Positions 24,150 through 36,700 of a DNA stretch of 64,000 nt are shown piece after piece. The notes below the pieces were generated by a model, which did no database searches, was not told the DNA's origin, and was given only the letters and a program-made list of their open reading frames with translations. The position numbers and the translations under genes are program-made. Position 1 is the first letter of the stretch. Each line of letters begins with the position of its first letter. Source of the stretch: Vicugna vicugna (taxonomy: Eukaryota); NCBI GenBank assembly GCA_013265495.1, contig MU057781.1:992001-1056000 (forward strand), written 5' to 3'.

Positions 24150-25295
24150 TTCATTTGTAAGTGATTCAGGTAGAACGTGAAATTCAAACAACGTTACCAT
24201 TTGTAATAGCATCAAAATATGAAATACTGCATAACGTAGGCCAGAAACACACCAGCACAACGTATTGCTTAGAGAAATAAAAGAAAATGTGGAGAGATAC
24301 ACCATGTTCATGGGTTGAAAGACTCAGTGTCCTTGAGATGTTAACGTTAACTTCTCCCACAGTGACGTGAAGGTTTGGTGTGGTACCAGCTAAAATCCGA
24401 GCAGACCCTTTTATTGCAGAAGTTGAGAAACTGCTTCCAAAGTTTATGTGGAAACGTAAGAGGACACAGACTAAGCGAAGCAGCTTAGCAGCGCGCAGCG
24501 GTGGGGGACTCGCGCTGCCTGCTTACGGCTCGCTGTGGCCCTGCGGCGCTTGGGCAGTGAGGTGCTGCTGGGACCCAGGTAACACTCATTAGGCCACGCA
24601 CGTGAGGGCCACACTGTCCGCCAGAGGCCACGGATTTCCCACTATTGGCTGAAGTTGGAAGACGGGCCGTGTCACGGGCTGGTGAGGGCGAGCAAGAGCC
24701 TGAGCTCTCGGGTGCTGCCGCGGCGGATGCTGCAAGCCACACAGCCGCTGAGCAAGACATGCTGGCAGATTCCTAGCCGGTGAAAAGCACGCCTGCCCGA
24801 CGACCTAAGCACTCCACCTCGGGCCTCACCTAAGGCGAGTGAAAGCACACGGCCACACGAGGGCTGTGTGCAACTTTACTGATAAAACCCCAAGCTGTGA
24901 GCACCCAGACACCCCCCAGCAGGTCCATGGGTGAACAGGCAGCAGAGCCGCCCAGCAGGAGGAGGGAAGGGATCACTGCTGCCCGCAGCAGCGTGGGTGG
25001 ACGTCAGAGTCACTGTGCTGAGTGGACGACGCCACACCAAGTGCACCTTCTGTGTGAGTCCACCGATACGCTCTTGACAGTGCAAGCTGACCTGCAGGGG
25101 TTCCTGCGATGGGGCTGGAGGGAGGGGTGATGAGGAGCAGAGGGACACGGGCCTCTCGGGGTGACAGGCATGCTTGTTACCTTGGCCGTGGTGATGGCTT
25201 CATGGGCGTGGAGACGCGTCAGACCCCTGCTAAGTGCAGACTTGAAGTCCACACAGTTTTGTGAATGTCTGTCATGCGTCAGTAACACACACACA
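24150..25295 (+). mobile_element. LINE-1 relic (ORF2 3' part and 3' UTR, L1MB/MC-like), heavily GC-shifted
   Basis: ORF 24380..24592 (EKLLPKFMWKRK...GGGLALP) resembles L1 ORF2 KLILKFIWK...GGLTLP. The downstream sequence follows the order of a remembered L1M 3' UTR and ends in a CA/A-rich tail near 25285-25298. Confidence 0.75.
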
Positions 25296-28200
25296 AAATC
25301 TAGTCGGGTGGTTAACGGCTGATAAGCTGTCAAACTTTAAATGATTTAATTGAAAAGGAAAGTGTTTCCCTTGCAAGCTGACTCCATGTGAAATCTTTAC
25401 ACATCTCTCTACGCGTCTTATGATTAAGGAAACTTAACGTTCCGCAAGAAATGTTAGCAAAGTGTGAATAACTTTCAGTTTCACGTGCACGCCATTCAGG
25501 CATTATCAACGTAAAATTAAGAAGACATTCTTCAGGTTAAATAGGGCTGTACTGACTCTGAACATAACGGCACTCCAGCTCGACACGATGGTTTTGGTTG
25601 ACACTGGTCCATGTTCCTCTGTGCTCTGGGCAGGCAGGAGCTGTCTTCTGCTGTGCAGTGACCAGTCGATTTGCACGCGGTTTGCGTTCCTGTGAGGAAG
25701 TGCGGGGGCCTGCAGGGTGGGTGTGGGGGACCGGGAAGAAGCAGCTGCGGGGGCTGCGGCTCCACGCGGCACGTGGCATGAGGCGTGATCACCAGTGCAG
25801 GCGACGCTCCCTCCACCCACCACAGCTGATCCCACAGCTGCCCGCTCCCTGCCCCCCCGGCTGCCCTCCCCCGCTGTCCCCCACTGCCGTGACGCTCGCT
25901 GCGTCTGTGGGGTCACGGTTCCGTGGGGAAGGGGTCCCTGTTCCTTTGCCCAGAGCCCTGCTTGGGGCAGTTTTCTGATCGTGGCGGTTGATTGGTCTCT
26001 GCTTTCCTCCCTCCCCGCAGGCCGCTCTCGGCGAGGCCCCAGCCAGCGGGGTCCCTGCCCAAGGGTGGGGGGTGGCCAGACCCAGCCATCACCCCCCAGC
26101 TGGCCTGGAGGGCCGTCCCTGTGTTCTCTCTCCCGGCGGGGAATCCGCACCGGGCTCCTGGCTGCAGCCGATCGGTCAGGCGCAGACAGGTGTGATGGAA
26201 CGTGTGTCACCCGCCGTGTCACCGCCGCCCAACTGCAGCAGAGAAATGTATTGGTGAACAACTGAAAAATTGTAAAGCTCTTAAGGACTTTCATGCTTGT
26301 TAGCATTTTTTGACAGAAAATCAGTGAAGCAGTGAACATAAAAAGTGGTGTCGGCTTACGGTTTCCCTTGTCCCTTCCCAGGCCCTGCACTGCCCAGGGC
26401 TCCCCGGCCGGGCTCCTTGGGGTCCCCACCTCCGGCTCTGTGTCTACTGCGCGGGGCTCCCAGGGCTGCGAGCTCGTGCTCCCCGAGGAGCCCCCGGAGC
26501 CCCCAAGCAGGTGCATCCCAGACGCCCACAGCTGGACTTGAGGTGCCCAGGAAGGGGCGGCAGGAGCGCGGCCCTTGTCGGGGTTCAGAGCCCGGTTCTG
26601 GGAGGAGCCGGAGTCTTTGGGGGGCAGCCTCAGGGCTACGGAGGCCCTGTGAGGAGGGGGCTCTGCCAAGGCCTCCCCAGGTGCTCCCCAGGCGAGTGGC
26701 GCCGGCTGGCCTCCCGGGCTGACCGCTGCTGTGCCTCTGAGGTAGCTTGGGGTTGGGGCTCTGCCCTGAGACTGTCCGCCGCCCACCCTGAGGACAGCGA
26801 GGCGCGAGTTCTTTCCGGGATGATGACCTGCCCGGGCCACCTGCTTCATCTGATGCCACTGCGTGTGCGGCCCTGCAGCCCGAGCGCTGGACCGAGAGCT
26901 GCTGGCTGGTGCTGGGCTTCTTCGGCCGGTCTCTAGGTGTCCTCTGAGTCCACCTCCACACCCACGTGTGCAGACGGCCGGCCAGTGCTCCCTGCGGCCT
27001 GCTGTGTGTGGTCGGTTGGTCAGAGGTCCTGCCTCCCGCCCACGCCTTGTGAGGCCTGTGGGTTTGACTCAGTGGAGACGTGGCCGTGGGGCTTTGTGTG
27101 CGGGCAACGTCTTCTTGGACTCACGTCTGTTAGGCCTGCCCCCGTCCAGTTGTCCAGATCGTGCTACTCCTGTCAGTCAGCAGCCAGTTCGGCCTGAAGG
27201 GCAGGAAATGGCATTGGACTCGCCGCGCAGGGTCCGTGGGCTGGTCTGGACAGAGGCCTGCTCTGCGGTGCCTGCAGTGTTGCCTCAGGGCTGGTGCTGG
27301 ATCAGGGCCCCCATCAGCTGGGGTCTTGTCAGCAGAGGCTCCACATGCCCCCTTTGCAGCCCAGGTGCTGAGCTGCCAGAGCCCCAAACTTTCCAGAGTG
27401 GGGAGAGGGGCAGCGCCTCCAGGGTGCGCGACCTCGGGCTGGATCCCCAGGCTGAGCCGCTCCTGCCCCGGGCTGCCCAGGCCCTCGGACAAGAGAAGAG
27501 TTCGAGAAGCGGAGCTTGGACACCGCTTACGTCCAGAGTCTCTGCTGATGTCTCTTGTGTCCAGAAAAGGCCGACAGTCAGCCTGGGGCCATCCACTCTC
27601 CCCTGGGAGTGAGTGCCCCGAGGCTGCACGCGCCCTTCGAAGGCAGGAAGCCACCTCTTGGACTCAGAAGTCCCCGTCCTGACAGCCAGCGTATCCCTCG
27701 GTTTTCCCTTGATCTCGGGTCTGTTGCCTTTCAGGAGAAGACGTGCTTTTGAATTATCACCAGGAAGAGCCGGTTGGGATTTGGGGTTTTCCTCGCTGTG
27801 TAATTGTTTTCTGGGTTGAAGGGAGGAACGCGGTGCCCTGGTGACCCGTCACGTTTGCCTGGAAATCAGATAATCAGACGCCTGGCCTCCTTCCACGCTG
27901 TGATGAAAACGTCCTTCCCGCCTAGTTCTCGTCTTCAAACGGGAGTGACCTGCACTCGGGGTGTCTGTGGTTAGGAGCTGGGGTGGGGACCACGCTCTGA
28001 CAGGCGTGCTTCCGCGGTGGTGCTGTTTGTCCGCGGTCCTGCTGGCGGGGCCGTGAGGACGGGGAGGTTGTCACACGCGGAGACAGACACACACAGGCCC
28101 TTTCTGCGTGCAGGCCACCGCAGAGCTCCCTCCTCCCTCTGCAGACAGCTTCACATTCAGGCCCAAAGCGCACAAAGTGCCTGTCAGGTCCCCCGGAACA

Positions 28201-29142
28201 CCCGGTGAGAGGTACGCTGGCCAGAGGCCCTGGCCACCTTCCGGAGCGGGACAGTGTCCCCAGCGGTCCAAGGAAACCCTGAAAGACTGGCCGCACAGCG
28301 CCCACACGGCTTTCAAGTGGAAGTTGTGACACTTTTCCTCTGCATCTTGAGATGGATGTTTGGTCGTCAGCTTTACTGCTGATCTGAGGGGCGAGACCCA
28401 GTGCCTGCGGCTGCCCCCGTGGAGCAGCACCCCTGTGCTGCGGGCGGTGCCCCGCGTGCCCCCTGACCCCGAGTAGCGGCTCAGTCGGGGGCAGGAGCTC
28501 CCGTGCGTGCGGCCGGTCAGAGGCCTGACGTGTGCCCCGTGCCCAATGCTCCGGGTCACGGGTGGGTGGAGGCTGTTTTTGTTTGTTTAATTTTCTTTTT
28601 GTTAATCCCCAGTCCCACTGCCTCTCAGGGAGAAGGGCTGGGCGTGGCTGTCCAAGCTGGGGCCGACCAGCCAGGGCCGGCGGGCTGAGGGTTAGGTATC
28701 TGCTCTCGAGACCCAGGCAGGTGAGCCGTGCTTTCACGTGTCTAGTCAAGGCGGCTGTCCGAGCTTGGACAGCAGACGTTTCCCGTGACCCGCGGGCTTT
28801 TGGGTCAGAGCTTCGCTATGTAATCAATGTTGGCTGTTCTTCCAACCATCGAAATGGTTTAAAGGGTTTTCAAAGGAGCGGGAACAAATCAAATCAAATC
28901 ATAACTGTTGTATCTCATCCCAGAGTTAAGTGTGTTTTTTAAAACGTGGGCCGCGTACAGCGTCTCCTCCCAGTTTTCATCTATTATCACAATAATTGAG
29001 TTTGTAGCTGGAATTAGATTTGTCAAATCGCGTTATCCTCTTTAGAAATTGGATAGGTACCCTGGCAGGGCGCGACAGAGTTAATCCGCTTTGCTGAGGC
29101 CCCCAGTGGCACCACGCGGCGCGTCCAGGCGGCTCAGACATC

Positions 29143-29306
29143 NNNNNNNNNNNNNNNNNNNNNNNNNNNNNNNNNNNNNNNNNNNNNNNNNNNNNNNNNN
29201 NNNNNNNNNNNNNNNNNNNNNNNNNNNNNNNNNNNNNNNNNNNNNNNNNNNNNNNNNNNNNNNNNNNNNNNNNNNNNNNNNNNNNNNNNNNNNNNNNNNN
29301 NNNNNN
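29143..29306. other. Assembly gap (164 N)
   Basis: Run of n, inside a CpG-rich segment. Confidence 1.
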
Positions 29307-30408
29307 GTGATGGGGAATTAAACACTAAAGGGCCCTCGAGGGGCCGCGCGCTGCCCGGCGGGAGCCGAGGAGGGTTGCGGCTTCTCGGTAATGAACTGGC
29401 GGCATGCGAGGACATGAATCTCGGGCTCCGGCAGGAGCGGAAGTAATGGGGTTTGGGAGGCGCTTGCAGGTTATTCATTCGCTGCCATGCACCAATTCTC
29501 CAGTGATCCATCCGCCCCTCCAACGTTTATTTATCCAGCAAATTCCGCGCTTTGACCTTTAGGCTAAGCACATCGAACGTAAGTTGGAGTGGAGATTTTT
29601 CAGGTGTAACTTTTGTAAGTATCTGTTATTTTTTCTTCTGTCGAAATAACATCCAACAAATGACGTGCCTTTTCTGCTGCACTCGCGGCCGTGGGGACCG
29701 CGGTGGGCGGGCGGGCCGGCGTGCTGCAGCTTTGAACGGTTCCAGAGGCAGGTCCCAGGTTTAAGTGCCGCTGGTCTCGTTTCAGACAAAATGACTTGTC
29801 TTGCGTTTTTCCTGGAACCCTCAGCCCTTTGGCTCTCTCTTCCGCTCGCCTTTAAGCTTCCTGCAGTCAGAGCTCCACCCCGGCTGGGGGCTGCTGCCGG
29901 GGGTGGAGAAAGCATGGAAACGAGGCAGACTGTTCCTTTTTCAGGAGCAGGCCGTTGACAGACTTCCTGGGCTCACGTCGGAGCACATCAGATACTTTAA
30001 CCTCAAACCGTTTCCCTCTGTAGAGGTTACGTAGTAAAAACTGAACGTGACTGATTTTATAGCTCAATAGGGAAAAATGAAATTCCTGCTCACAGCCCAT
30101 AACGGCTTTATTTTAAACCACGGGCTAGAGATTCAATTAAGGCATGGTCAGGGAAATGAAGACATGCTGGCCGTGTGCTTGGTGAACGCAGGTTTGCACG
30201 GGGAGCACGAGAAGGGCTGATGGCTCCTCTTCGCCGTGGCTGACAAGCTGCTGTCCTGGTTCACTTGCTCGCTGGGTAGCCCGCTCACCTTCAGCCCTGA
30301 ACCACAGCACTTCCGGTCGAACGGCCGTGTGCGGAGGCCTCCCCAGCACTGCTGGCTTTTACCCGATGACTGTCTTTGCTGGGCTTGTTCTAAGAACTTG
30401 ACCCCCGC

Positions 30409-30445
30409 CCCCATTTTACAGCTGGGAAGCCTGAGGCGCAGATGG
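30409..30445. mobile_element. MIR core fragment
   Basis: cccattttacagctgggaagcctgaggcgcaga resembles the MIR core cccattttacagatgaggaaactgaggctcaga (from memory). Confidence 0.45.
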
Positions 30446-33289
30446 GCCCAGAGACGGCTCGTAACTGGTCCGGCCGGCACAGCGGGCAAGGAGCCCCGCG
30501 GCCCCACCGGGGCCTCTCGCTGCCCGTGCAGATCGATAGTGTTCTATTCTCAACTGTGCACTTCGGACCTGCCAGCCCACCTTCTCGGACAAGGAAGGAC
30601 AGGAGCCCCCCACGGTTCCCAGGGACGCGCGGGGACAGACGACCTGCTCTGTGGGCTCAGCCTTGGCCTCGCGTCTGCTCGGGCACCATTCACGTGGCAT
30701 CTCTGCGGCGGTCCGCTGGTCCAGGGCAGGGCACGTGGCCTCGCCGGCAGGGTGGGCACCAGGCGCCGCCCTCCCTGGTGCTTGAGGATGTGCTCCAGGA
30801 GGCTCCCCTGAGATGGTCACGGGCGGAAACCATGGGGCTTCAGGGCTTGAACCTTCGACCCGAGTCCAAGGACAGCTTCGTCCTGTCGTGTTCCCTCCGG
30901 CTCTAATTCCGCCTCTTTGCACATTGTTCACCTTTCATCACTTCCTGCGGCCCCGCTCCCGCCTCAGGGGCAGGCTGCGCATCTAGACTCACTCAGCGGC
31001 GCCCCGTGCCTTTAATGTCACACGCACATGGCTGTCTCTGCGCAGGAGGGTCTGCCCCGGAGGGTCTGCCCCCCGTGTCCCCCTCTGCACTCACAGCCCC
31101 CGCACTCGTGATCTGTCCTCTGTTCCTGTCCAAATGCTCCACCCCGCCCTCCTCACGGTCTCTCCAGCCCCCGAGCCCCCTGAGTTTTCTGGACCTCCAT
31201 GGGCAACTCCCCAGGCTCACAGACCTGTTCTCGGAGAGCCCCCCACCAAACTGCCCTCCGTGTCCCCCTCGCTGCCTCCAGCCCCACCCACCTCCCATGG
31301 CGTTGGACCGTGTGTCAGACCCACCCCCCATGTCTTTCCTCCAGCTCCACCCCGTGACCAGTGGGCAGGCAGCATGTGAGGTCCCTGGTCACACACTGGG
31401 GCTGCGTCCCCATCCCGACGGTGCAGGGCATCGGGCTCACAGTGGTGGGACTTAGCGCCCCCCCACCTCCGGGGGGCGCCGCCCAACTGCTGCGTTGCTG
31501 GTTTTTCCCTTTGTGCCCGATCGTCCCCATCAGCAGCCCACATGCCAGTGCCTCCCTCTCCTTATGGACAAAAAGCTCTCCTGACCCTGTATCTCCCCCG
31601 GGTTCTCAGTCCTGTGGAAATACTGGTTTCTTTTCTTTTTTAAGGAGAAAAGTGGGTATGCATGTGGCCGGGGCAGCAGGGCCGAAGTGGGGAGAGTGCA
31701 GGTGGGGGTGGACGGCACCCCTTCCCTGCGACTTTGCCAGGAGGTCGGGTCCACGTCGAGGCCACCAGTGGGATGGTTTCTCCTGGGGGCGGGGGCTGTT
31801 CATGGTTCGGCCTCAGAGGAGAGGTGAGGAAGGAGGGGTCTTTCTTTCACTTTATGGGGAGCTGCACCCGCACAAGGTGAAACGTGGGGCACAGAGGGGC
31901 TTCCTCCTTCACCTGCCTCCTTCTGGTTGGGCGGCTAGTGGTGACTTAGGGCTCTTGGTGTGGTGGCCTCTCCGTGGCCGAGGAGGGGAGGGGACAAGGA
32001 TGGGGACAGCAGGGCTCCTGCATCTTTGCATGGCGGGGGCGGGTGGGAAGTGTTACCACTGTCTCACGGGAGTGGGGGTTAACACTGAACTGTTTTGTCC
32101 TGACCCTGCGCCACCCACTGGAGGTCAGAGCACCCCTGGGAAAAGACGCTGAGATTATCTTCCACGTCGCGGTGGAGAAGCCGGGGCTCGGGCAGGGTCA
32201 GTGACGTGGTGAGGTCTCTAGACCAGGAGGAGGTGGGTGCAGGACGTGACCGCCGCGTTCTGCTCCAGACCCGCGTCTGAGCCCCGGCTGCTCCCACCCA
32301 GCACGGGGGCCAGGGCGGAGGTGGCCTGAGCCGGGTCACGGTGCTCGTTTGGAGGTCCTTCAGGGGAGCGCTGGGGTCTGAAGCCTGAGGCAGGTGTTTG
32401 GAGGTGGCGTCCTGCAGAGCCCCGACTCACGGGAGGGGCAGAGGAGGGCGTACGGCTGCTGCTCCTCTGCTGACAGTGGTGCGTGGTCTCTCGCGGACCT
32501 CCCAGCAGGCAGATTGGATTGTGCCCCCTCTACAAGTGAGGCTTTCTCGGTGCACGTTTGCCCGAATCATGTAGCCAAAAGCTATGGGGCAGAAGACGAC
32601 GCTGGTGACGCAGGGCCAGCAGAAGACCCTGAAGTGAATCGTGGGAGGACAGAAGGCTGGGGTGGGCGAAGGCGGAGACATGTATGTGGAGCCGAGGGGT
32701 CGGAAGCCCTTGTGGATCGTGAATGGCAGTTTTCCAGCACATGGAAGAACCCAGGACACAAATTCAGGAGTCCCGATGAGCCCCAGGCAGGACGCAAAGG
32801 CACTTGCACCCGGACAGGCCACAGTGAGACTGGTGGACCATGGACGGGGGGCCCTGCAGCGCTGCCGCGGGCAGGCAGCGGGACCCCGTCCTCAGCAAAA
32901 ACACCTTCAAGAATGAAGGTGCAATGGACGTTTTTATTCAGATGAAACCCAAAAGGGACTTGTCACCAGCAGACCCACCCGAAGGGCAGTAAAGCCTGAA
33001 GGACGCTCTCTCCAAAAGCAAAGGGCCCGGCGGAAAGACGGTCGGAGGCAGGAAGGACAGGGCGTGAGGATGGCAGACACGGGGTGGACGTGGGTGATGG
33101 CGTGTGCAGTCGAAGCAGGAGACAGGGCCACCAGCACCAGCCGCGCAGGTGGAGGGGCGAGTGGAGTCGGCTCCGTGGGCTCAGAGGGGACAGTAATGCG
33201 GGGGCTGAGGGGCGGCTCCCGGGAGCCTCGCGCCCGCACGTGCCGCTGCTCCGGAGTCTCTGGGACAGGGACTGAGTGCGACTCTGTGA

Positions 33290-33780
33290 AACAGAAAGAG
33301 ATGGAAATTTCCCAGTACAATTGAAATTTAAAAATCAATTAAACCTTTTCTGTAGCACTTTATATGCCCCAGGCGTCTCTAATGGCAGAAGGTATTCTGT
33401 AAACGGCTTGCGTTCCATGTGGGCCGTCTCTTAAAGTGCATCTTACTTTAATTATCCTATATCCATAATGCACATAACCTATTTCTCCAGGACATTTGTA
33501 AGAATGAAATTGTAATTGGAAAGCTAATGATTTTTAGAAGACAAAAGATGAAAGTCAGAGCTGTTTTAATTATGATGCAAACTCTCCACATAATTTAATT
33601 GGCATAAAACTTTATTGATTACCTTTCGTAATCATTTAGACATGGAAAAGTGACTTAATAAATTTCATAATTAAAACTAGTTGTTGTTTTAAGTCTGACA
33701 TTTTTCTTTGCCCATTACTGAAACTTCGAGTTTGCAGAAGTATGTATTATTGCAAAGAATATTCCTATTGCAAGGAATGC
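33290..33780. promoter_or_regulatory. Candidate conserved non-coding enhancer (AT-rich homeodomain-site cluster)
   Basis: About 490 bp AT-rich island in a GC-rich intron without L1-like character. TTAATTAT at 33448 and 33566, TTAATTGG at 33595, TTATTGATT at 33612. Function inferred. Confidence 0.55.
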
Positions 33781-36700
33781 CGTTGTGAGAGGAAAACGCT
33801 TAGGTGATGCAGATTTAAGGCGGTTTGGGGGTGCTGGCCGAGGAGGTCGGGTCAGCATTGCCCAGGAGGGTGGCGGGCACATGGCATGAGTTTGGGGATG
33901 TGGCCAGACCTTTCCCACCTGTTGTCAGCTGTCAGCTCCTGAGACATTAAACCCCGCAAAGGTCAGTAGGATTTCCCTTTTCGGAAGGAAGGTCCGAGAC
34001 ACTGTGAACAAAAACGGGTGATCACGTGGGTGGAGAAGGGAGTGTCGGGTCTTGGATGGACGGCATCTTCAGACGGCGTTTCCAAGATGGTGCCTGGGTG
34101 ACATCCTCAGGGGCCAGCACTGCCCAGTGCTCCTTCTGTGAAGTGTCCTTCTGTGCTGACACGTCTGACGTCCCTGACACCCGCCTGCTCTCACCCACGA
34201 GTACTTCTTTGCTCTCTTCTCCCCATGACCCCCCGTGTCCCTGCCGGCCGCCGTGTCCCCTGCCCTGTGCTCTCATCCCTCCCCGGGAGCTCGGTAGCTT
34301 GTGTTGGGGACGTCCCCCTGCACTTACACCTGCCCAGACCTCTGTCCTGGACTCCAGGCGTATGTCCAGCTCCGCTCGTCCAGTGTCCCCCGAGGTGTCT
34401 TACGGCCTTTTCAGCCTCAGCTTGTCTGAAGCCAACGCCTGCCCTCCAGAGCCCACCCCGTCTCGGGTGGTGGCAGTGCCCGCTTCCAGCTGCCTGGGCG
34501 GAAACCTTGGAGTCGTCCCCCAAGCCACGTCCATTCTGTCAGGACGTCCCGGGGATGGTGCCTGTGCTCAGAAGCTGACCCTTCGTCTGAAGCCCCCGAC
34601 CCTGGCTCTTAGGCCACCTGCCCGTGGAGACTTCTTGACTCCTGAGTGTGGCCGGAGACAGAGTTGGGGATGGGGTGAGGGGTTCTCTCAGGGTGGCCTC
34701 GCCCAGGTGGGTGTGGGGACACGACCTTGCAGTCCAAGGCTCCGGCATCCTCCCCCTTGTGACGCGCCCTCCCACAGCCCATCTGGGAGGCCGTCGTGAA
34801 GGGCCGTCTGGTGACGCTTCAGTCCTCCTCGCTGTGCTAACACGTTAGCAGCGCATTGACCTGGTGGGATTTGTCGTAGGGGCGGGGGGCGAGGAGGAGC
34901 TGTGCCTGCGGTGATGGCCCTCCCTGTCGGGGCCCCCTGACTGGGGACCCAGTGCCACGGCTGTGACAGGTTCAGCGCCCGGTGTCCAGCTTGCCAGCCT
35001 CCCCGGTGCTCGCCTTATAAAATGCTTTTTAATTCAGGAACAGAATATCATTAACTTTGTAAGTAGATGAATACAGTGGGCAACCAATTTAATTAGGTTC
35101 TGCTGTCGGCCGTTGGACAGGAGACGCAATGAGATTACGGGTGTGTCTCGGGGGCAGGTGGGCAGCCCAGGGGGGCCGTGCTGAGGGTCAGACGGGGGCC
35201 TTGGGGCCGCCACTCCGTGTTTAGCTCCGGGGGCTGAAATGGAAAGTCAGTACTTTGTAAATCAGCCCCTTCTCGTTTGAGATGGTGGCAGAGCTGCTCC
35301 GAGAGGCAGGGTGGCCTCGCGACAGTGACCTGCTAAATGCACCCTTCCCACCTGCTGCCCCGCAGGCACCGCCACCTCCCATCAGGTCGCCCGCCGGAGT
35401 GTGTTACACAGGAGATCAATGAAGCTCTACATTGATTCAAACAAAAGCCTTGTTTCATTTATTATTGTTTATAATCTAATGAATGTTACAGTAACTTTGC
35501 TTTGATTTATTACTCAATCTGTTAAATTGTTTTAAAACCAGGAGTCTCAGGGCTTACTCCTGTGAAGTGCTGTTCCCCTTACTGGTAAAAAGTGTGTTAT
35601 TTTTTACAGTCGTGCTCAGCCTCTTGGAAGGCTGGAGGCCACGTGATGGGCTGTCCCTTGAAGTCGAGCAAACAGTCCCACGTGTTAGCTTGGGAGCCAC
35701 TCACCCGTCGCTCCTCGGGGTGCCCTGCGTCTCCACATCTCCCCCGCTTAACCAGGAGTCGGCAGACTCCTGCCATGTGTGGTTGTTGTGCTGGGACTCA
35801 GAGGTGACCAGGCCGTCCTCAGGGAGTGTGTTCACAGAGCCACTGCGGGGCCCAGCTCCAAAGGCAGATGGAGCGGCCGGTGTGGCTGTGCACCCCCAGT
35901 GGCGACTCTGGCGAGGCAGAGACCGTCCGCAGGCAGCTCGAGGGCCCCGGCGACGCCCGGGCGGGTGGGACCGGGGCTTGGGATTGCGTCCCCGCCGTGT
36001 TCCCTGTTAACACGGTGGGCACCCAGTACCCCCTTCCGAGCCCTGGAGGCCTGGTTCTGTGGTGGGAACTCAGGCCTTCCAGTCCCGTAGCTGCGCCTCG
36101 AAGCCGTCCTGCGGCTGGCGGTCAGGGCCTCCGCCCTGCGTCCACTGTTCTCGCCGACACACCTCGAGGCTGGACTGCGCTTGACTGCTGGGAGGTCGAT
36201 AGCGCCCCTGACAGCCCGGCGTGTACACGTGCGAAGGTGTTTTCATTGTTCTTGGCCAAATGGGCAAGGAGTCAGTGTTCTCAGAGCTGGTGAGCACCTG
36301 CTGACAGGTGTGGGGTCAGGGGACCCCGAGCCAGGCCCGTCGGCCGTGCAGGGCCCTCCGGACGTCCTCACGGCCTGTGGGAAGGGCCCCGAGATGCGGG
36401 AAAAGTTGGGTTGAACTTCGACTTTGCATGCTCACCAGAGCTAACTGTGGGTTCCTGACTGAATTACAGTTGCTGTTCCTGCACTGGCAACTTATTTTCC
36501 GTTTATTTATTGTGAACCTCTTAGTATTGTATCAACTTTAACATTCGATGAGGTGATGTTTAAAATCTTTGCAACCACGTTTCTTTTCTTGCGCTTCTCC
36601 AGAGTGCTCTGTACGTGAAACACATACCGTCCGTGGAGCAGCTGTCAGGTCCACTCACGGGCTGCTCCTGCGCCTTCCTGGGTCCACGTGCTGCCTGTGC

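Noticed and set aside
25506-26849. Longest ORF in the track (447 aa, minus strand), and similar 200-330 aa ORFs elsewhere
   Set aside because: Rich in Pro/Gly/Ala/Arg, no recognisable domain, and overlapped by ORFs in other frames, as expected from stop-codon scarcity in GC-rich intron.
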